Positions 60,874 through 64,000 of a DNA stretch of 64,000 nucleotides are shown piece after piece. How positions within the stretch are numbered: position 1 is the first letter of the stretch; every line of letters starts with the position of its first letter. A program made the position numbers and the translations under genes. Source of the DNA: Xylographa opegraphella (Eukaryota); NCBI GenBank assembly GCA_022813865.1, contig JALDZX010000009.1, positions 248,001-312,000 of the forward strand, in the 5' to 3' direction. The notes under the pieces were generated by a model. The model saw only the letters and a list, made by a program, of their open reading frames with translations, was not told the DNA's origin and did no database searches.

Positions 60874-63286
60874 GGGATGTATAAAGATGATATCATAGCG
60901 GCCATGTATATACACCCCATATCCCAACAGCGCCTACAGGCATTCAGGTCAGGAACATCAGTTTGCCTCGTATCCTGTCGTCGAGTATCAAGACTTCCTC
61001 CTCTCCCTTGCAGCCTCACGAGTGGCACTCGCGCCCCCGACACATCTCTGCCCCGTGCATACTCCCGAGCAGCAAGCCGCCCTATCTATACTCCCTCCAT
61101 CCCCCTACGTTTCCCGCAGCCCAGTGCTCCCGCGTCGCCCCGGCGGGAGGACCCAGTCTCTAGCACTCCCAGCAACCAGTTTTCCAAAACGGCCGACTTG
61201 GCCGCACTATGTACAATCCCCCACAATACCTCAACCACGCCCCGCCCCCCGACTCGCACAGCCGGATCCGAGCGCTGCGTCGCCCTTGCCCGACGGCGCG
61301 GCTTGAGAGCTTCAAGACGAGACGTGGTAGCCCTGTTCACCGGCGAATTAGGACCCGAGCACGCGTTTCCTATTGTTGATCCTTGCGGCTGGAGGACGCT
61401 CTGCGGCCTGCCTGCCAAGGGGGGGGGGGAGATTTTCAATAACGCTTGTTACCATAAACGGGCGATGGCACCTCTTGCCAGAAAGACGTGATGTTGACGC
61501 GTTGCGAGAAGGAGGCTATGAGATGCAGACTCGTGAATCGCAGTCTGCGGATTTCCCAGATGTCAGAGCAGCAGCAGCAGCAGCAGCAGTCACATTTATT
61601 CCGGAACGCCCGACCGCGAGCCTTGCACGGCTGCCCCCATCACCGGCTGTTGGTTCCATGATCCCGTGCCCGGTGGAGGCGTGGTGAGGTGAGCGCGTTC
61701 GCACGAGGAGGAGGCTTGTGTGCAGGTTACACGTTTCTGGATGGTGTGGTGGAGTAGATGCAAAGGTAGGTAGATAAAAGCTCGGCACAAGAGTAGTATT
61801 GTGACTGTAGTATTTCCAAGCCGAGTCTTCCAATTCTGGGGAGCAGAAATGATATTTTTTCTCCTGGTTTCGAATTGCTTGTTTGGGAACTAAGGTAAGA
61901 TGCTGCCTGATTTTTTCGAAAGAGGGGGGACTGTGGGGGTAATAGGGGCGCTGAAAAGCAAGATACCTACCTATGTTTCTAGCCCTAATGCCATAACCCT
62001 AAGCGCTGGAACCGTCATCTACTGGACTTAGCCCGGATCAAGCTACGCTTTGAGCGCGTGTAAGGCGTTCGTAGAGTTCTTGATTGTATATCCACAGTGC
62101 GTAAATCGTTTATTTTTCGGAGAGTTTGGGGGGCCATACAATGCCTCATGTCTGCAAAAAAGCTCGGGTATATCGTTGTTGTTGTAGATAGCCTTCGATT
62201 TTCTACTACGGAACTACGCTACTGTGTAGGCTAGGGCTTATACACGCCGCTAGTCTGAGCACGTGATCCTTCCTCCTACATCGGTAAGCACAATCCCTCC
62301 ACCGCGAGGTCGATATCTAGCCATACTTTATTCTCAGCGCTTATAGCACGCTTTCATTCCTCAAGTCCCGTTTGCCAATCAACCCCTCCGGTCCTCCGGT
62401 CCTCCGGTGATCAATAGCAGGTGCTCCCTCCGCTGCATGCTTCAGACTCCATCCCCTCGCCACAAAAGTGCCGCCAAGCCTACAACCGAGCGACTAGATA
62501 CGTCTCGTCCGCTGTAACTGGTCGCTGCTACGTGCGGGATATCGTTGTCAATGGGAAGGATGTTTTAATCACCGAGTACGGGGACGGCTGGGTATCGGAC
62601 TGAACCAAGATGGATATAGTGCTTTGCAGAGCCGAGGGGCGGATGGTTTTGCTGCTCGGCGGTTGGGATACCAGATAGGTGGGACATCGACACCATGGAG
62701 CGGACGCTGGGAAGGTGGATGAGAGCGCCGGGGGACTTTTGTGGGAGGTACGCGCGCTCTTTGCGGGCCACTATGCCACTATACATGGAGGCCATTTGCG
62801 TGGCAGCACCGCTGCTTGGCCTGTAGCGTAGTATCAAATACGGTATCTACAATAACTCGTCCTCAGGAGCGGAAGGCGCACGTTGTACGTGCTCTCCCAT
62901 CATGGATTTGAGGCAAGGAGCACGATTTTATGTAGTACACTATTAGACTGGCAGACGGTCTGGCAAGTCAGTCGGACAGAAAGGAGTTACCGCCGTAGAG
63001 TCCCGTAGCCTCCTTGCTCGACCTGTATTCGCCATATCCTGTCGTAGCCCGAAGGGCAATATGCCCCGCTCAACCACCGGTCGGCGAGAACACCTGACAC
63101 TAGAATGGGCATTATAACCACGAGCATCGCGGGATGGGTGCTTGAGTGCCATTGGCGAGCTTCGATATCAAAAGTGCTCTGCACAGATAGATATGTATAG
63201 GGGTGTCATGCGGACTGGGAGGTTGGCAGGACCGTCCCGTACTTCGCCGCTGGAGTCGTTGCTTGGATGGTTGCGGTCCATGGATT

Positions 63287-63443
63287 GTCCCAGGACGAGG
63301 TGCGTATCATCGCAACCTGTACTCTTGCTGGAGACCCACTATCATGCGGCATCAAGGCTTCCTAAGTCCTAGGACTATGTCCGTATCATCGTAACCTGTA
63401 CTCTTGCTTGAGACCCGCCATCGTACGGCATAAAGGCTTCCTG
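63287..63443. repeat. Imperfect 79-bp tandem duplication
   Basis: CGTATCATCGYAACCTGTACTCTTGCTKGAGACCC at 63303 and 63382. Confidence 0.85.
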
Positions 63444-64000
63444 GGTATCCTTCGATCTCCAGGCATCGCCGCAGAAGTAGCAAAATGATCACTCACGAAA
63501 CTATAACGGCGAACTGGAGAAATGTAAAAGGCTGATCTGCCATCACGCCCGCTCTGCACTGTCAGATTGTCGGTCTGGACACGCACGTAAAAAAAGTTAT
63601 CGAACAGAAGGAAGCGCAGTCCGCGACGGGTAGTGCGGGTCTCGTCTCTCGCATCCAGTGGAATCGGAGACTACCATAGGCAGTGCGAACAAGTTTCCTT
63701 CCTCGGATCGGGGTTTGGTGTGCATTGGATACTTGCTCAACAGTAGCATGGAGAGATGGCCTGAGTCGATGTTGACGAGGCGATCTCCGGTGCTACGAGC
63801 ACACACCCTCGGAAGCCGCCTGTCGCTCGAGAAAAGTTCAAGACGACAATAGACAAAGAGAAAAAGCTGCACGTCTCAAGAAAAAGAGGGTATTGAGTCC
63901 GCTGGCTTCCGGTCCACGTCTTGCGTGACGAAGGGGCGAAAGGGGATGAAAACAAGCGTGGACATGCACCTGCGAAAGAGAAGCAAAACAAGCCGACGAG

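Noticed and set aside
61568..61588. (GCA)n microsatellite; also the A-rich tract at about 13718-13757
   Set aside because: Ordinary simple repeats.
1..64000. tRNA, rRNA or CRISPR arrays
   Set aside because: None recognised by eye; the sequence is eukaryotic and the repeats are coding or simple duplications. tRNAscan-SE/Infernal would be needed to exclude small RNAs.

Overview
Intron-containing filamentous ascomycete (Pezizomycotina-type) genomic DNA with short GT-AG introns and CTRAC branch points; about 19 recognisable genes plus several decayed ORFs. Genes recognised: conserved Pro/Ser-rich membrane-anchored protein, trehalose phosphorylase/synthase (ccg-9-like), DUF6594-like protein, acyltransferase-3, CFEM/PIR wall protein, ferric reductase-like oxidoreductase, Sec14/CRAL-TRIO protein, TBC Rab-GAP, DUF427, BTB protein, kinesin-6-like motor, GT25-like glycosyltransferase, a divergent 4CL-like adenylate-forming enzyme / TmpA-like flavoprotein pair, HAD hydrolase, frameshifted SDR, MFS transporter, Bys1-like secreted protein and an integral membrane protein. 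The two most interesting genes appear only as fragments in the ORF track and emerge after manual splicing. (1) A 9-exon secreted polypeptide precursor (25506-27217, minus, about 422 aa): every intron is phase 2 and splits an xR processing site, so each exon is one cassette of X-A/X-P dipeptide spacer plus a His-rich or Gly/Arg/Met-rich peptide. (2) A 2-exon secreted protein (17874-18388, minus) with LxAR pro-repeats and an LRKR site ahead of a TFIIS/RPB9-like zinc ribbon. All family assignments are motif recognition by eye; no searches were run.
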